64,000 nt of DNA from an uncultured Armatimonadetes bacterium. GTDB lineage: Bacteria > Armatimonadota > Armatimonadia > Armatimonadales > Capsulimonadaceae. This document shows, in pieces, positions 53,173 to 62,815 of the stretch. The stretch's first letter is position 1, and each line of letters begins with the position of its first letter. Below the pieces are notes generated by a model. That model was given only the letters and a program-made list of their open reading frames with translations, was not told the origin of the DNA and did no database searches. The position numbers and the translations under genes are program-made. The stretch is from the NCBI GenBank assembly GCA_963699265.1, contig OY969427.1, forward strand, positions 3,784,006 to 3,848,005, given 5' to 3'.

Positions 53173-53937
53173 TTACGCATTGATTCGGTCTAGCCCTTCC
53201 AAACGACTTGATTCAACTAAGTACGCCATCAACTGCTGGCCGATAAACTGCGTATATGCCGGAGGAATGGCTTCATTCATTTCGTTTTTGGTCATCCAAT
53301 CGATGCCCATCGCGTCGCGGGCTGCCGCAATCGTGCAGTTGCCACCACCGGTTACCTGGACAAAATCAAGCATATCGTTAGTTTTGCCGTAATGTGATTT
53401 GCGCTTATCGAACGTGTGAACCTTTGGATGAGCTCCATGCGGCGGTGCAAGAATCAGGAAGTTTGCTTCAAAAAGCCTGTGTCGTAAGACGCGCAGCCCG
53501 GGGAACATCGTTCCACACAGTGTCACCGGGCTGAGGAGCGGTGCTCCTTCGACATTCTCAATTACGTATGGCAATCCTGAGCGCTTGAGCATCTCCCGCA
53601 CGGGTTCTACTAGCCGCGGCCATGCGTCAGAGTTGCCATTGCGCTTTGCAAGATCCGAATAGGATTGGCAGGGAGGGGATGCGTGAATCGCGTCGAACCG
53701 CCTGATAAACTCCTCACCAAGAGACAAGGCATCTGCTTGAAGAAACTCGAACGGGTAGTTAGGCTGCGGTTTGATGTCCACGCCAAAGACATCGAAACCA
53801 GCCCTGTAATAGCCCATGCCGGCACCACCCGCACAGCAGAATAGGTCAAGGATTTTTGGACGCAACGTGCCCGGAAAGCTTGGATTGACCGGCGAGAATG
53901 TTTGTTCCTCGAAGAGATCGGGCGTTGTTGCAGGCAT
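53173..53937 (-). CDS. compact DNA (cytosine-5)-methyltransferase
   Basis: Motif I DLFCCAGGAGMG, motif IV PPCQSYS, motif VI VIENV, and motif X-like NEAIPP. It is only 254 aa. Confidence 0.85.
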   Translation of the reverse strand: MPATTPDLFEEQTFSPVNPSFPGTLRPKILDLFCCAGGAGMGYYRAGFDVFGVDIKPQPNYPFEFLQADALSLGEEFIRRFDAIHASPPCQSYSDLAKRNGNSDAWPRLVEPVREMLKRSGLPYVIENVEGAPLLSPVTLCGTMFPGLRVLRHRLFEANFLILAPPHGAHPKVHTFDKRKSHYGKTNDMLDFVQVTGGGNCTIAAARDAMGIDWMTKNEMNEAIPPAYTQFIGQQLMAYLVESSRLEGLDRINA

Positions 53938-54030
53938 GGTCCAAATTACTAAGTGACGCGCGAAATCTGGCTTGGCTGGATAAACTCAATATTACCACAG
54001 CCATCGAGGGCAAGGTTGTGATTCGAAGTT

Positions 54031-54105
54031 TTTTGGGAATGCCCAATCAACCGGGATGTCGCGGACTGCGCCAATGCGGTGAATGAGGCATGTGAGGCGC
54101 GGTGA
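54031..54105 (+). pseudogene. orphan 3' fragment of a second vsr allele
   Basis: It translates as FWECPINRDVADCANAVNEACEAR-stop. That is colinear with the end of the intact Vsr (FWECQIKRDVADCAMAVKTACEAA), and the DNA is roughly three quarters identical by eye. Confidence 0.7.
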
Positions 54106-54142
54106 GTTGAGCGATTATCATGCTGGCCATTTCTTTGGTATA

Positions 54143-54338
54143 TTAATTCTTGCTTGCCAGCGGCGTTGGATCGCTATGAGCTAGGTTCATTTTCACGCGC
54201 GAGGCGACATTTTTTCCGTCGAGAGTCGCTGGGGTGAACTTCAGAGAAGTAAGCCAGGTAAAAATGTCTCGGTCCAGCTCCGCATTTCCCGTAGATCGGC
54301 TAAGCTTGATATCTGTTGCCGCGCCATTTCCAGTGACT
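54143..54338 (-). other. TonB C-terminal-like domain segment, in the +1 frame relative to the upstream hydrolase-fold ORF
   Basis: VTGNGAATDIKLSRSTGNAELDRDIFTWLTSLKFTPATLDGKNV matches the TonB_C pattern (SSGN..LD...KF.PA..GKPV). It joins the hydrolase frame cleanly after ...AVIADFK. Confidence 0.6.
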
Positions 54339-55271
54339 CTTGAAATCTGCGATGACTGCAGTTTTGTTGGTCGCAGAGTCTTGCGAGTCAATCTGGCCGA
54401 TCCTCGCCACGATAGCCGCACGGTCCATTCCGTCCGTAGATTCTAGCTTTGCGGAAGCGCAAAAGCGCAGTATATCCGTCGACACTGCAATGGAGTCTTG
54501 GCCCACAAGCGGACAATGCCCGGCATTCTGAAAAAAGCAAAAGTCTGAATCAGGAGCCGCGCGCGATTCTTTGTTTGCCTCGCGCAGGGTCAACGATTGG
54601 TCGTTGCCGCCGACAATGAACTGCGCGGGGAACTGCGCCTCGCCTAGGAGCAATCTGTCGTCACGCTCGTAAATGCGATCGTTGCGCTCGAGCGCAACCG
54701 AAGTCTCTGGCGCGAAATCGGATACGGCCAGCATCTTCTTGACGGCGCTGCCATAAAGCTCCCCATTCATGACGATCAGTCCGAGTACGTCTTTTGGATG
54801 CGCGGACGCATATTCCAACCCGACCATTGCGCCAAACCCATGACCAAGCACATACCACTGTTTGACGCCGATTGCCGTTCTCACCGCATCGATGTCGGCG
54901 ACCAGATTCGCCATGGTTAGTCCGACTATTTCAGAAGACGTTGGATTATTGAGGTCGGCAATAGGGTAGTGTTGCGATTCGCCGCCGCCGCGAGGATCGA
55001 GATAAACGACATTTAAGGACTGCTCAAGCGACGCGCCCCAGGTAAAGTACGGGGCAATTGATCCACCTGGCCCATCTGGAATTAGCAATAGATACGGATT
55101 CGACTTGTCTGTCCCTCGAACCCGGAAGTGGAGAGCTGTACCATTAATTTGCTCGTGGTTGTCTTCATCGAAGGCGAAGCATGGGGCAGAAATCACCAGG
55201 ATCACCAGCGTCGTTATAATGAGGTAGCGTAAGTAGGAATACATAGTCGGATTGTACCTATCGGAATACAA
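54300..55271 (-). CDS. alpha/beta-hydrolase-fold protein (proline iminopeptidase-like) with the nucleophile Ser replaced by Gly
   Basis: N-terminal anchor. LLIPDGPGGS, an elbow reading VLGHGFGAMVG (Gly where Ser is expected), and the His motif AGHCP. Confidence 0.7.
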   Translation of the reverse strand: MYSDRYNPTMYSYLRYLIITTLVILVISAPCFAFDEDNHEQINGTALHFRVRGTDKSNPYLLLIPDGPGGSIAPYFTWGASLEQSLNVVYLDPRGGGESQHYPIADLNNPTSSEIVGLTMANLVADIDAVRTAIGVKQWYVLGHGFGAMVGLEYASAHPKDVLGLIVMNGELYGSAVKKMLAVSDFAPETSVALERNDRIYERDDRLLLGEAQFPAQFIVGGNDQSLTLREANKESRAAPDSDFCFFQNAGHCPLVGQDSIAVSTDILRFCASAKLESTDGMDRAAIVARIGQIDSQDSATNKTAVIADFKSHWKWRGNRYQA

Positions 55272-55400
55272 ATACGGCCGTAGAGATTAAGTAGGATGAC
55301 CCCGCGTAAGCGCGCCACCTGCCGCACCATGACGGGAAGGGCGAACCGCACTAGCAAGTTCCGAAGGTTAGCCCAGACGAATACGAAACTTGCAGCAATG

Positions 55401-55428
55401 TTGAATTCTCCTCCAATTGTGCTATAGT
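55401..55428 (+). promoter_or_regulatory. candidate rpmB promoter
   Basis: TTGAAT (55401-55406), 16-nt spacer, TATAGT (55423-55428), with an extended -10 TG. Confidence 0.5.
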
Positions 55429-55462
55429 ATACGGGCATTCATTGCCGAGGGGAGTTTTTGGT

Positions 55463-55678
55463 ATGGCTACTTCATGTGCAGTCTGCGGCAAGGGGCCGCA
55501 GTACGGGCGGAATATCCGTCACATTCACTCAGGATCGTGGGCACTTCGCGCGCCGCGCACGCAGCATGTCTTCAAGCCGAACCTGCAGAGCGTCAAGACC
55601 GTCGTCAACGGTACGCCCAGCAAGCTGAAGGTCTGCACCAAGTGCATCAAGGCGGGCAAGGTTGCTCGCGCGGCTTAA
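55463..55678 (+). CDS. rpmB: 50S ribosomal protein L28
   Basis: MATSCAVCGKGPQYGRNIRHIHSGSWALRAPRTQHVFKPNLQ is L28-like. GAGGGGAG lies 8 nt upstream of the ATG at 55463. Confidence 0.85.
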   Translation: MATSCAVCGKGPQYGRNIRHIHSGSWALRAPRTQHVFKPNLQSVKTVVNGTPSKLKVCTKCIKAGKVARAA

Positions 55679-55704
55679 AGTCCGGTTTTGCGGAGCCGTT
55701 TTGC

Positions 55705-55733
55705 TTGACAAAAGGGTTGCCCGCAAGTATAAT
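55705..55733 (+). promoter_or_regulatory. perfect-consensus sigma70 promoter
   Basis: TTGACA (55705-55710), 17-nt spacer, TATAAT (55728-55733). Confidence 0.7.
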
Positions 55734-55739
55734 AGCGAA

Positions 55740-55971
55740 TTGTTCGCCCGGATTAGTTCGTAGCAGAGCTGAGTTCAGGCGGGCACGCAAGTAACAATTT
55801 ACGCACTCTTAAGGGGGACTGGTCTTAGGAAAAAGCGGGAAGCTTAAAACATCCCGCGAGCCAGCAACTAGCATTCGAAACAGCATCTGAAATGGATTGT
55901 CTGTAGGAGAGCGCCCCCAACCCAGTTCGCGGCGAAACAGTTAGGCCGCAGGGTTTCGGAGGGGCGTTTTT
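55740..55971 (+). other. structured transcript segment ending in a terminator-like GC stem plus T5: either an rpsL leader/attenuator or an independent small RNA
   Basis: Hairpins GCCCG/CGGGC, GCGGGA/TCCCGC and GCGGC/GCCGC. A closing stem CGCCCC (55912-17) / GGGGCG (55961-66) is followed by TTTTT (55967-71). Confidence 0.3.
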
Positions 55972-56093
55972 GCGTGTAATCTGGCCAATTTGTAGGCCAT
56001 TCCGAACGTTTTTGCATTAGAAAAGAAGATTGGCGGGCGATGCCAGCGCGAGCGTTTTGACGCATCGCGACATCGCAAAATGAAGAGGAAACT

Positions 56094-56480
56094 ATGCCGA
56101 CTATCAGCCAGTTAGTGCGCAAAGGGCGCGCGCGGATTTTGAAAAAGAGCAAGGCACCCGCTCTCAAGGGCAACCCCCAGAAGCGCGGCGTCTGCCTCGT
56201 CGTCCGAACTGTGTCTCCCAAGAAACCGAACTCGGCCCTGCGCAAAATCGCCCGCGTCCGGCTCACCAACGGCATCGAAGTCACCGCGTATATCCCCGGC
56301 ATCGGCCACAACTTGCAGGAGCACTCGGTTGTGATGATCCGCGGCGGACGCGTCAAGGACCTTCCCGGTGTCCGATACCATATTGTTCGCGGCACACTCG
56401 ACTCGGCTGGCACCAAAGACCGCAAGACCAGCCGCAGCAAGTACGGAACCAAGAAGCCGCAGCCGCTTAAGAAGAAGTAG
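56094..56480 (+). CDS. rpsL: 30S ribosomal protein S12
   Basis: [12 protein letters not shown]...KKPNSALRK...[14 protein letters not shown] is unmistakable. Confidence 0.97.
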   Translation: MPTISQLVRKGRARILKKSKAPALKGNPQKRGVCLVVRTVSPKKPNSALRKIARVRLTNGIEVTAYIPGIGHNLQEHSVVMIRGGRVKDLPGVRYHIVRGTLDSAGTKDRKTSRSKYGTKKPQPLKKK

Positions 56481-56570
56481 TCAGCGCGAATAATTTTTGA
56501 CGATAGGCTGAGATAGCCAAAATTCGACGACAGGGCCAAGCTTAAGGCCCAGTGGGGACACGATAAAGAT

Positions 56571-57041
56571 ATGCCTCGTAAAGGTCCAGTTCGCAAGCGT
56601 CCGATCATGCCGGATCCGCTTTTCAACAACAGGCTGGTGACACGGTTCATCAACCGAATGATGGTCGATGGCAAGAAGAGCGTCGCAGAGTCGATCTTCT
56701 ACCATTCGCTCGAAGCCTGCGAGGCCAAAGCGGGCCGACGCGGGATCGAAATCTTCGATCAGGCTGTTCGAAATGTGATGCCGCAGGTTGAGGTTCGCCC
56801 TCGCCGCGTCGGTGGTGCCACCTACCAGGTTCCGATGGAAGTTCGCGCCGACCGCAAGGTGACGCTGGCGATCCGGTGGCTGGTGAATGCGGCCCGCAAG
56901 CGCAACGGCAAGACCATGATCGACCGTCTGTCGGCTGAGTTTCTCGACGCCGCGAACAATTCTGGTTCTGCAGTCCGCTCGCGTGAAGAGAAGCATAAGA
57001 TGGCCGAAGCGAACAAGGCCTTCTCGCACTACCGCTGGTAA
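56571..57041 (+). CDS. rpsG: 30S ribosomal protein S7
   Basis: [20 protein letters not shown]...[16 protein letters not shown]. Confidence 0.97.
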   Translation: MPRKGPVRKRPIMPDPLFNNRLVTRFINRMMVDGKKSVAESIFYHSLEACEAKAGRRGIEIFDQAVRNVMPQVEVRPRRVGGATYQVPMEVRADRKVTLAIRWLVNAARKRNGKTMIDRLSAEFLDAANNSGSAVRSREEKHKMAEANKAFSHYRW

Positions 57042-57192
57042 CTCGGCGGGTCCGGTCAACATCCTGACCGGAAGTGCAGCCAGTCCCAGAATGAATTTTA
57101 GCGGAAATTGACCACCCCCGAGTCCAAGCCGGCTTCGGGGGTTGATCAGCGCAATTGTTAAGCGCATATTTGAGAAAGATTGAGACGAATCA

Positions 57193-59328
57193 ATGGCACG
57201 TGACTATCCGTTAGACAAGGTTAGAAATATTGGAATCGCCGCGCATATCGACGCTGGCAAGACGACGTGTACCGAGCGCATCCTGTATTACACCGGCCGA
57301 ACGTACAAGATCGGCGAAGTGCACGAAGGCGCGGCTACGATGGACTGGATGGCGCAGGAGCAAGAGCGCGGAATTACGATCACGTCCGCCGCGACGACGT
57401 GCTTCTGGGGACTGGAGTCCGACGAGACCGGCAAGGCGCGCAAGCAGACGCACAGGATCAACATCATCGACACGCCAGGCCACGTCAACTTCACCATTGA
57501 AGTCGAGCGAAGTCTTCGTGTGCTCGACGGCGTCGTTGCACTGTTCGATGCGGTCGCGGGTGTTCAGCCGCAGTCCGAAACAGTCTGGCGTCAGGCGACC
57601 CGCTATAAAGTTCCGCGCATGTGCTTCGTCAACAAGATGGACCGCATCGGTGCGGACTTCTTCCGCGCGGTCGGGACGATCCGAGATCGCCTTGGCGCGC
57701 CTGCGGTAATTCTGCAGGTGCCGATCGGTGCTGAAACGGACTTTGTTGGAGTCATCGATCTTGTCACCATGAAGGCAAACGTCTACAAAGACGATAAGGG
57801 CGAAAGCTACGAGATCACCGACATCCCTGCCGACTTGCTGGAGATTTCGCAGAAGTACCGCGAAACCATGGTCGAGCGGGTCGCGGAGTGCGATGATGAA
57901 CTGACCGAAAAGTATCTTGAGGGCGAAGAGATCACGCCGGACGAGCTTTATGCCGCCATCCGCAAGGGCACGATCGAGATGAAGATCGTTCCGATCCTGT
58001 GCGGCTCAGCGTACAAGAACAAGGGTGTTCAGCCGCTGCTGGATGCTGTCGTTCGCTTCATGCCGTCGCCGCTCGACAAGGGCGCTGCGAAGGGCGTTGA
58101 CAAGTACACGGGCGAGGAAGAGACGCGCGAGCCATCCGACTCGGCGCCATTTTCGGCGCTGGCGTTCAAGATTGTTACCGATCCGTACGGCCTGCTGACA
58201 TTCTTCCGGGTCTACTCGGGCACGGTCAAGAAGGGCGACACGATCCTGATTGTCAACAAGGACAAAAAGGAGCGCGTCGGACGCATCGTCCGTATGCACG
58301 CCAACAAGCGCGAGGACGTCGACGAGGTCTACTCGGGCGAAATTGCCGCAGCTGTTGGCATTACGACGGCGACGACGGGCGACACGCTTGCCGGCGAAAA
58401 GGATCACATCCTGCTGGAGTCGATCAACTTCCCGGAGCCGGTCATTTCGGTTTCGCTGGAGCCGAAGACGAAAGCCGATCAGGAGAAGATGGGAATTGGT
58501 CTGGCCAAGCTGGCCTCCGAAGACCCCAGTTTCCGTGTCCACACCGACGAAGAGACGGCGCAGACCATCATTGCCGGAATGGGCGAACTGCACCTGGAGA
58601 TTATCGTCAACCGCCTGATGCGCGAGCACAAGGTCGAGGCGAACCAGGGCAGGCCGCAGGTAGCATACCGCGAGACAGTCAAGGGCAAAGCCAAGGCGCG
58701 CGAAACGTACAAGCGTCAAACCGGTGGTAAGGGCCAGTATGGTGACTGCGAACTCGAAGTCGAGCCGCTGGAACCGGGTAAGGGATACGAGTTTGTCAAC
58801 AAGACCGTTGGTGGCTCGATTCCGAAAGAGTTCATTAATCCAATCGAAATGGGTGTCAAGGGCGCTATGGCCCGTGGAGTTCTGGCTGGCTATCCAATGG
58901 TGGACATAAAAGTCACCGTTTTGGACGGTTCCTATCACGAAGTAGACTCGTCCGAAATGGCCTTTAACTTCGCCGGGTCGATGACCTTTCAGGAAGCAGC
59001 CCGCAAGGCCGGCATCATCCTGAAGGAGCCGATCATGAAGGTGGAAGTCGTTACGCCGGAAGGCAACATGGGCGATGTCATCGGCGACCTTAACTCGCGC
59101 CGAGGCCAAGTGCTCGGCATGGAGCAGGAGGTCGGAACCGGCAACCAGATCATTAAGGCGCAGGTTCCGCTTGCCGAGATGTTCGGATATGTCGGGTCGC
59201 TCCGCAGCATGAGCCAAGGACGGGCGTCCTATACGATGGAGCCGTCGCACTACGAGGAAGTGCCGCGCAACATCGCCGAGGAGCTGATTGCCAAGACTCA
59301 GGGTCGTGGCTCGACACGCGCGCAGTAG
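57193..59328 (+). CDS. fusA: elongation factor G
   Basis: [37 protein letters not shown], 711 aa. Confidence 0.97.
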   Translation: MARDYPLDKVRNIGIAAHIDAGKTTCTERILYYTGRTYKIGEVHEGAATMDWMAQEQERGITITSAATTCFWGLESDETGKARKQTHRINIIDTPGHVNFTIEVERSLRVLDGVVALFDAVAGVQPQSETVWRQATRYKVPRMCFVNKMDRIGADFFRAVGTIRDRLGAPAVILQVPIGAETDFVGVIDLVTMKANVYKDDKGESYEITDIPADLLEISQKYRETMVERVAECDDELTEKYLEGEEITPDELYAAIRKGTIEMKIVPILCGSAYKNKGVQPLLDAVVRFMPSPLDKGAAKGVDKYTGEEETREPSDSAPFSALAFKIVTDPYGLLTFFRVYSGTVKKGDTILIVNKDKKERVGRIVRMHANKREDVDEVYSGEIAAAVGITTATTGDTLAGEKDHILLESINFPEPVISVSLEPKTKADQEKMGIGLAKLASEDPSFRVHTDEETAQTIIAGMGELHLEIIVNRLMREHKVEANQGRPQVAYRETVKGKAKARETYKRQTGGKGQYGDCELEVEPLEPGKGYEFVNKTVGGSIPKEFINPIEMGVKGAMARGVLAGYPMVDIKVTVLDGSYHEVDSSEMAFNFAGSMTFQEAARKAGIILKEPIMKVEVVTPEGNMGDVIGDLNSRRGQVLGMEQEVGTGNQIIKAQVPLAEMFGYVGSLRSMSQGRASYTMEPSHYEEVPRNIAEELIAKTQGRGSTRAQ

Positions 59329-59578
59329 ACGGAATGACTGGGCCGCAACATTGGATCGTGATCGAATTGGTGTTGCGGCTGAGTATACTAACGGTTCTGA
59401 AAATATTGGCAGCTTGGCTGCCCGAAAGTTTCCGCCCTGGCCCTAGGATTTGCGTCCCGGCCCGGTGTGGACTAAAGAAGCTGCCAGTTTCCCCATGCGG
59501 TGAGACGGCACTTCAATGAATACCGAATGGGACGCAAGCAGATTATTTGCGAATTTGTTCTAAGGAGAACCAAACGAA

Positions 59579-60769
<1,191 letters not shown>

Positions 60770-60794
60770 GATCCACCCGGCTCGTTCCTCGCCA

Positions 60795-60842
60795 CCCTCC
60801 CGAAACGGGAGGGCAAGGTTCCCCTCCTTTCCGAAGGAGGGG
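60795..60842 (+). terminator. two tandem GC-rich hairpins downstream of tuf
   Basis: CCCTCCC-GAAAC-GGGAGGG (60795-60813) and CCCCTCCTT-TCCG-AAGGAGGGG (60821-60842). There is no T tract. Confidence 0.4.
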
Positions 60843-61011
60843 CTAGGGGAGGTTCTTGGTGGGAAGCGGCGTGCGGGGATGGGTTCGCCAAATGGCGGCC
60901 CGGGCCCGCGCACAGCGTTGAAGTTGCAAACTTTGCGACATTCGCGCTTTTATAGTTTTCAACTGCACATTGGTAACCGGCATATTGCCGGAAATAGAGG
61001 GATAGCTAGTT

Positions 61012-61320
61012 ATGCGTCGTGATAAAGTCCGAATTAGGCTTCGCGCCTTTGACCACCGTCTGCTTGATCAGTCCGCCGAAAAGATCGTCGAGACCGTGCG
61101 CCGCTCAGGGGCAAGAATTTCGGGGCCAGTTCTATTGCCGACCGAGATACAGAGAGTTTGCGTTCTGCGCGGCCCGACAATCGACAAGGAATCGATGGAG
61201 CATTTCGAGCGACGCACCCACAAGCGGTTGATCGACATCCTCGATCCCGGTCCAAAGACCATCGACGCTCTTGCCAGCCTTGATCTGCCGAGTGGCGTGG
61301 ATATCGAAATCAAGCTGTAG
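61012..61320 (+). CDS. rpsJ: 30S ribosomal protein S10
   Basis: [39 protein letters not shown]. Confidence 0.95.
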   Translation: MRRDKVRIRLRAFDHRLLDQSAEKIVETVRRSGARISGPVLLPTEIQRVCVLRGPTIDKESMEHFERRTHKRLIDILDPGPKTIDALASLDLPSGVDIEIKL

Positions 61321-61334
61321 GCTGGGCTTTTTGC

Positions 61335-61778
61335 GTGAATGTTACTGCCGAATCCTACATTAGCGCAGCTACGGAAAACGCACAGTCGGCACTTTTTCTG
61401 TACAGGGATAATAAGAATTATCCTTTGGCGCACTATGTTGCGGGATTAGCCGTTGAATCTGCATTTCGTGCATTCGCGATGCGGGCAAATGAGCCATTTG
61501 ATGCTCGTCATGACTTAAGCTTTTGGTACCAGAAGGCGCATTTCGATACCTATGTGCCGGATTCGCAACTGCGACGGTTAGCCAGTGCGTTTGGTGTTGT
61601 TACTGCTCAGTGGCATAACTCACAACGCTATCATTCTTATGAACTGCTCGCTGCTCACCTGAAATCGATCAAACGAGACCGCGGGATTAAGGGCGATTTC
61701 GTTAAGGAGTTGACCCGCCACATGGTGGATTCGTCAATATTGATAGTTACATTTGCAGGTGTTAAATGGAAGAAGTGA
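61335..61778 (+). CDS. HEPN-like domain protein
   Basis: 147-aa ORF with a GTG start 14 nt after the rpsJ stop. Its helical pattern is AQSALFLYRDNKNYPLAHYVAGLAVESAFRAFA...ARHDLSFWYQKA...NSQRYHSYE. That resembles PF05168-type HEPN domains, which show Y..A...a.a.E.a.kA, H.L..L and a late R.Y motif. Confidence 0.55.
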   Translation: MNVTAESYISAATENAQSALFLYRDNKNYPLAHYVAGLAVESAFRAFAMRANEPFDARHDLSFWYQKAHFDTYVPDSQLRRLASAFGVVTAQWHNSQRYHSYELLAAHLKSIKRDRGIKGDFVKELTRHMVDSSILIVTFAGVKWKK

Positions 61779-62023
61779 TCAAAACGCTGCAGGAGTCCTT
61801 TTTGGGAATCGACACGTCCGATTTGGAGATCGATCCTTATTCTCATCGAATAACAGGCCGCGTGATTTGGGCTGGATTCGAAGAGAAGAGTCAGATTGAT
61901 CGGCAAGACATGCTTTGGGACGCGCTGGATGCCAGAATCCCTAAAGATTCACGGCCGTCCATTGGCATGATTTTGACGCTTACGCCCCTCGAAATTGCGG
62001 CTTATCAGGAAAATGCAGCGTAA
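61766..62023 (+). CDS. small BolA-like protein (divergent, lacks the conserved His residues)
   Basis: 85-aa ORF that overlaps the HEPN-like gene by 13 nt. The string VIKTLQESF..LEIDPYSH...RVIWAGFEEKSQIDRQDMLWDAL...SIGMILTLTPLE can be compared with the BolA pattern I..kl...f...L.V.DeS..H...V.vVS..F.G.s...RHR.Vy..L...iHAL...T.TP.E. Confidence 0.45.
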   Translation: MEEVIKTLQESFLGIDTSDLEIDPYSHRITGRVIWAGFEEKSQIDRQDMLWDALDARIPKDSRPSIGMILTLTPLEIAAYQENAA

Positions 62024-62173
62024 TTTAGTTTTGTGTCCTTGCAATCCATTGCAAGCATAGGGTAAACTGTTTCGTCGTTTGCGGATGTTTTTGAAGTCCG
62101 CGTTAGTTTGTTAGAGAACCCGCGTCACGCAAGGAAGGCCGTTAGGCTCCCCAGGTGCGCCGTGGAGGAAGAT

Positions 62174-62797
62174 ATGCCGGCTGCCATTTTAGGCACAAAG
62201 CTGGGGATGACCCAGATATTTGAGGCTGACGGTCGCGTCACGCCCGTCACCGTAATTGAGGCTGGGCCCTGCGTTGTTACGCAGGTCAAAACGGTCGAAA
62301 AGGATGGCTATTCCAGCATCCAGATTGGCTTTGGCACCCCCAAGGACAGCCGCCTCAATGAACCCCTTCGTGGACATTTCCGCGCCCATGGCGTCGAGCC
62401 TGCTCGTCATCTGACCGAGCTGCGCCTCGCCGAGGGCGAATCCCACCAGACCGGAGATACGTTCAAGGCCGACATTTTCGCTGAAGGCGAGAAGGTCTCG
62501 GTAACGGGCGTCTCCAAGGGCAAGGGATTTGCGGGCGTTGTCAAGCGATACCATTTTCATGGCGCCGACATGACGCATGGCTCGATGATCCACCGCAAGC
62601 CGCAGTCTTCCGGCGCGACCGACGCCGCGCGAACGTTCAAGGGCAACAAAAAGCCGGGCCACATGGGCTCTGAGCAAGTCACGCAGCAAGGTCTTAAAGT
62701 AGTCCGGGTCGATCCGGAAAAAAATCTCCTGCTTGTAAAGGGCGCGATTCCAGGCGCGAACGGCGGCCTGGTGCTTGTCCAGCGCTTTATCCGCTAG
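62174..62797 (+). CDS. rplC: 50S ribosomal protein L3
   Basis: MPAAILGTKLGMTQIFEADGRVTPVTVIEAGPCVV. GGAGGA lies upstream of the ATG at 62174 within track ORF 62108..62797. Confidence 0.95.
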   Translation: MPAAILGTKLGMTQIFEADGRVTPVTVIEAGPCVVTQVKTVEKDGYSSIQIGFGTPKDSRLNEPLRGHFRAHGVEPARHLTELRLAEGESHQTGDTFKADIFAEGEKVSVTGVSKGKGFAGVVKRYHFHGADMTHGSMIHRKPQSSGATDAARTFKGNKKPGHMGSEQVTQQGLKVVRVDPEKNLLLVKGAIPGANGGLVLVQRFIR

Positions 62798-62815
62798 GGC
62801 AGGGAGTAAAAGTAT

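Noticed and set aside
10257-54338. Programmed +1 ribosomal frameshifting as the explanation for the eight frame breaks
   Set aside because: I found no shared slippery or stop-codon context of the prfB type. In most cases the zero frame continues for tens of codons after the shift point instead of hitting an immediate stop.
55868-57167. Reverse-strand ORFs 55868..56674 and 56481..57167
   Set aside because: They are antisense to rpsL and rpsG and their leader, and the sequences look like non-coding translation.
58006-59250. 414-aa reverse-strand ORF inside fusA
   Set aside because: It is antisense to a complete, canonical EF-G gene and has no recognisable motifs.
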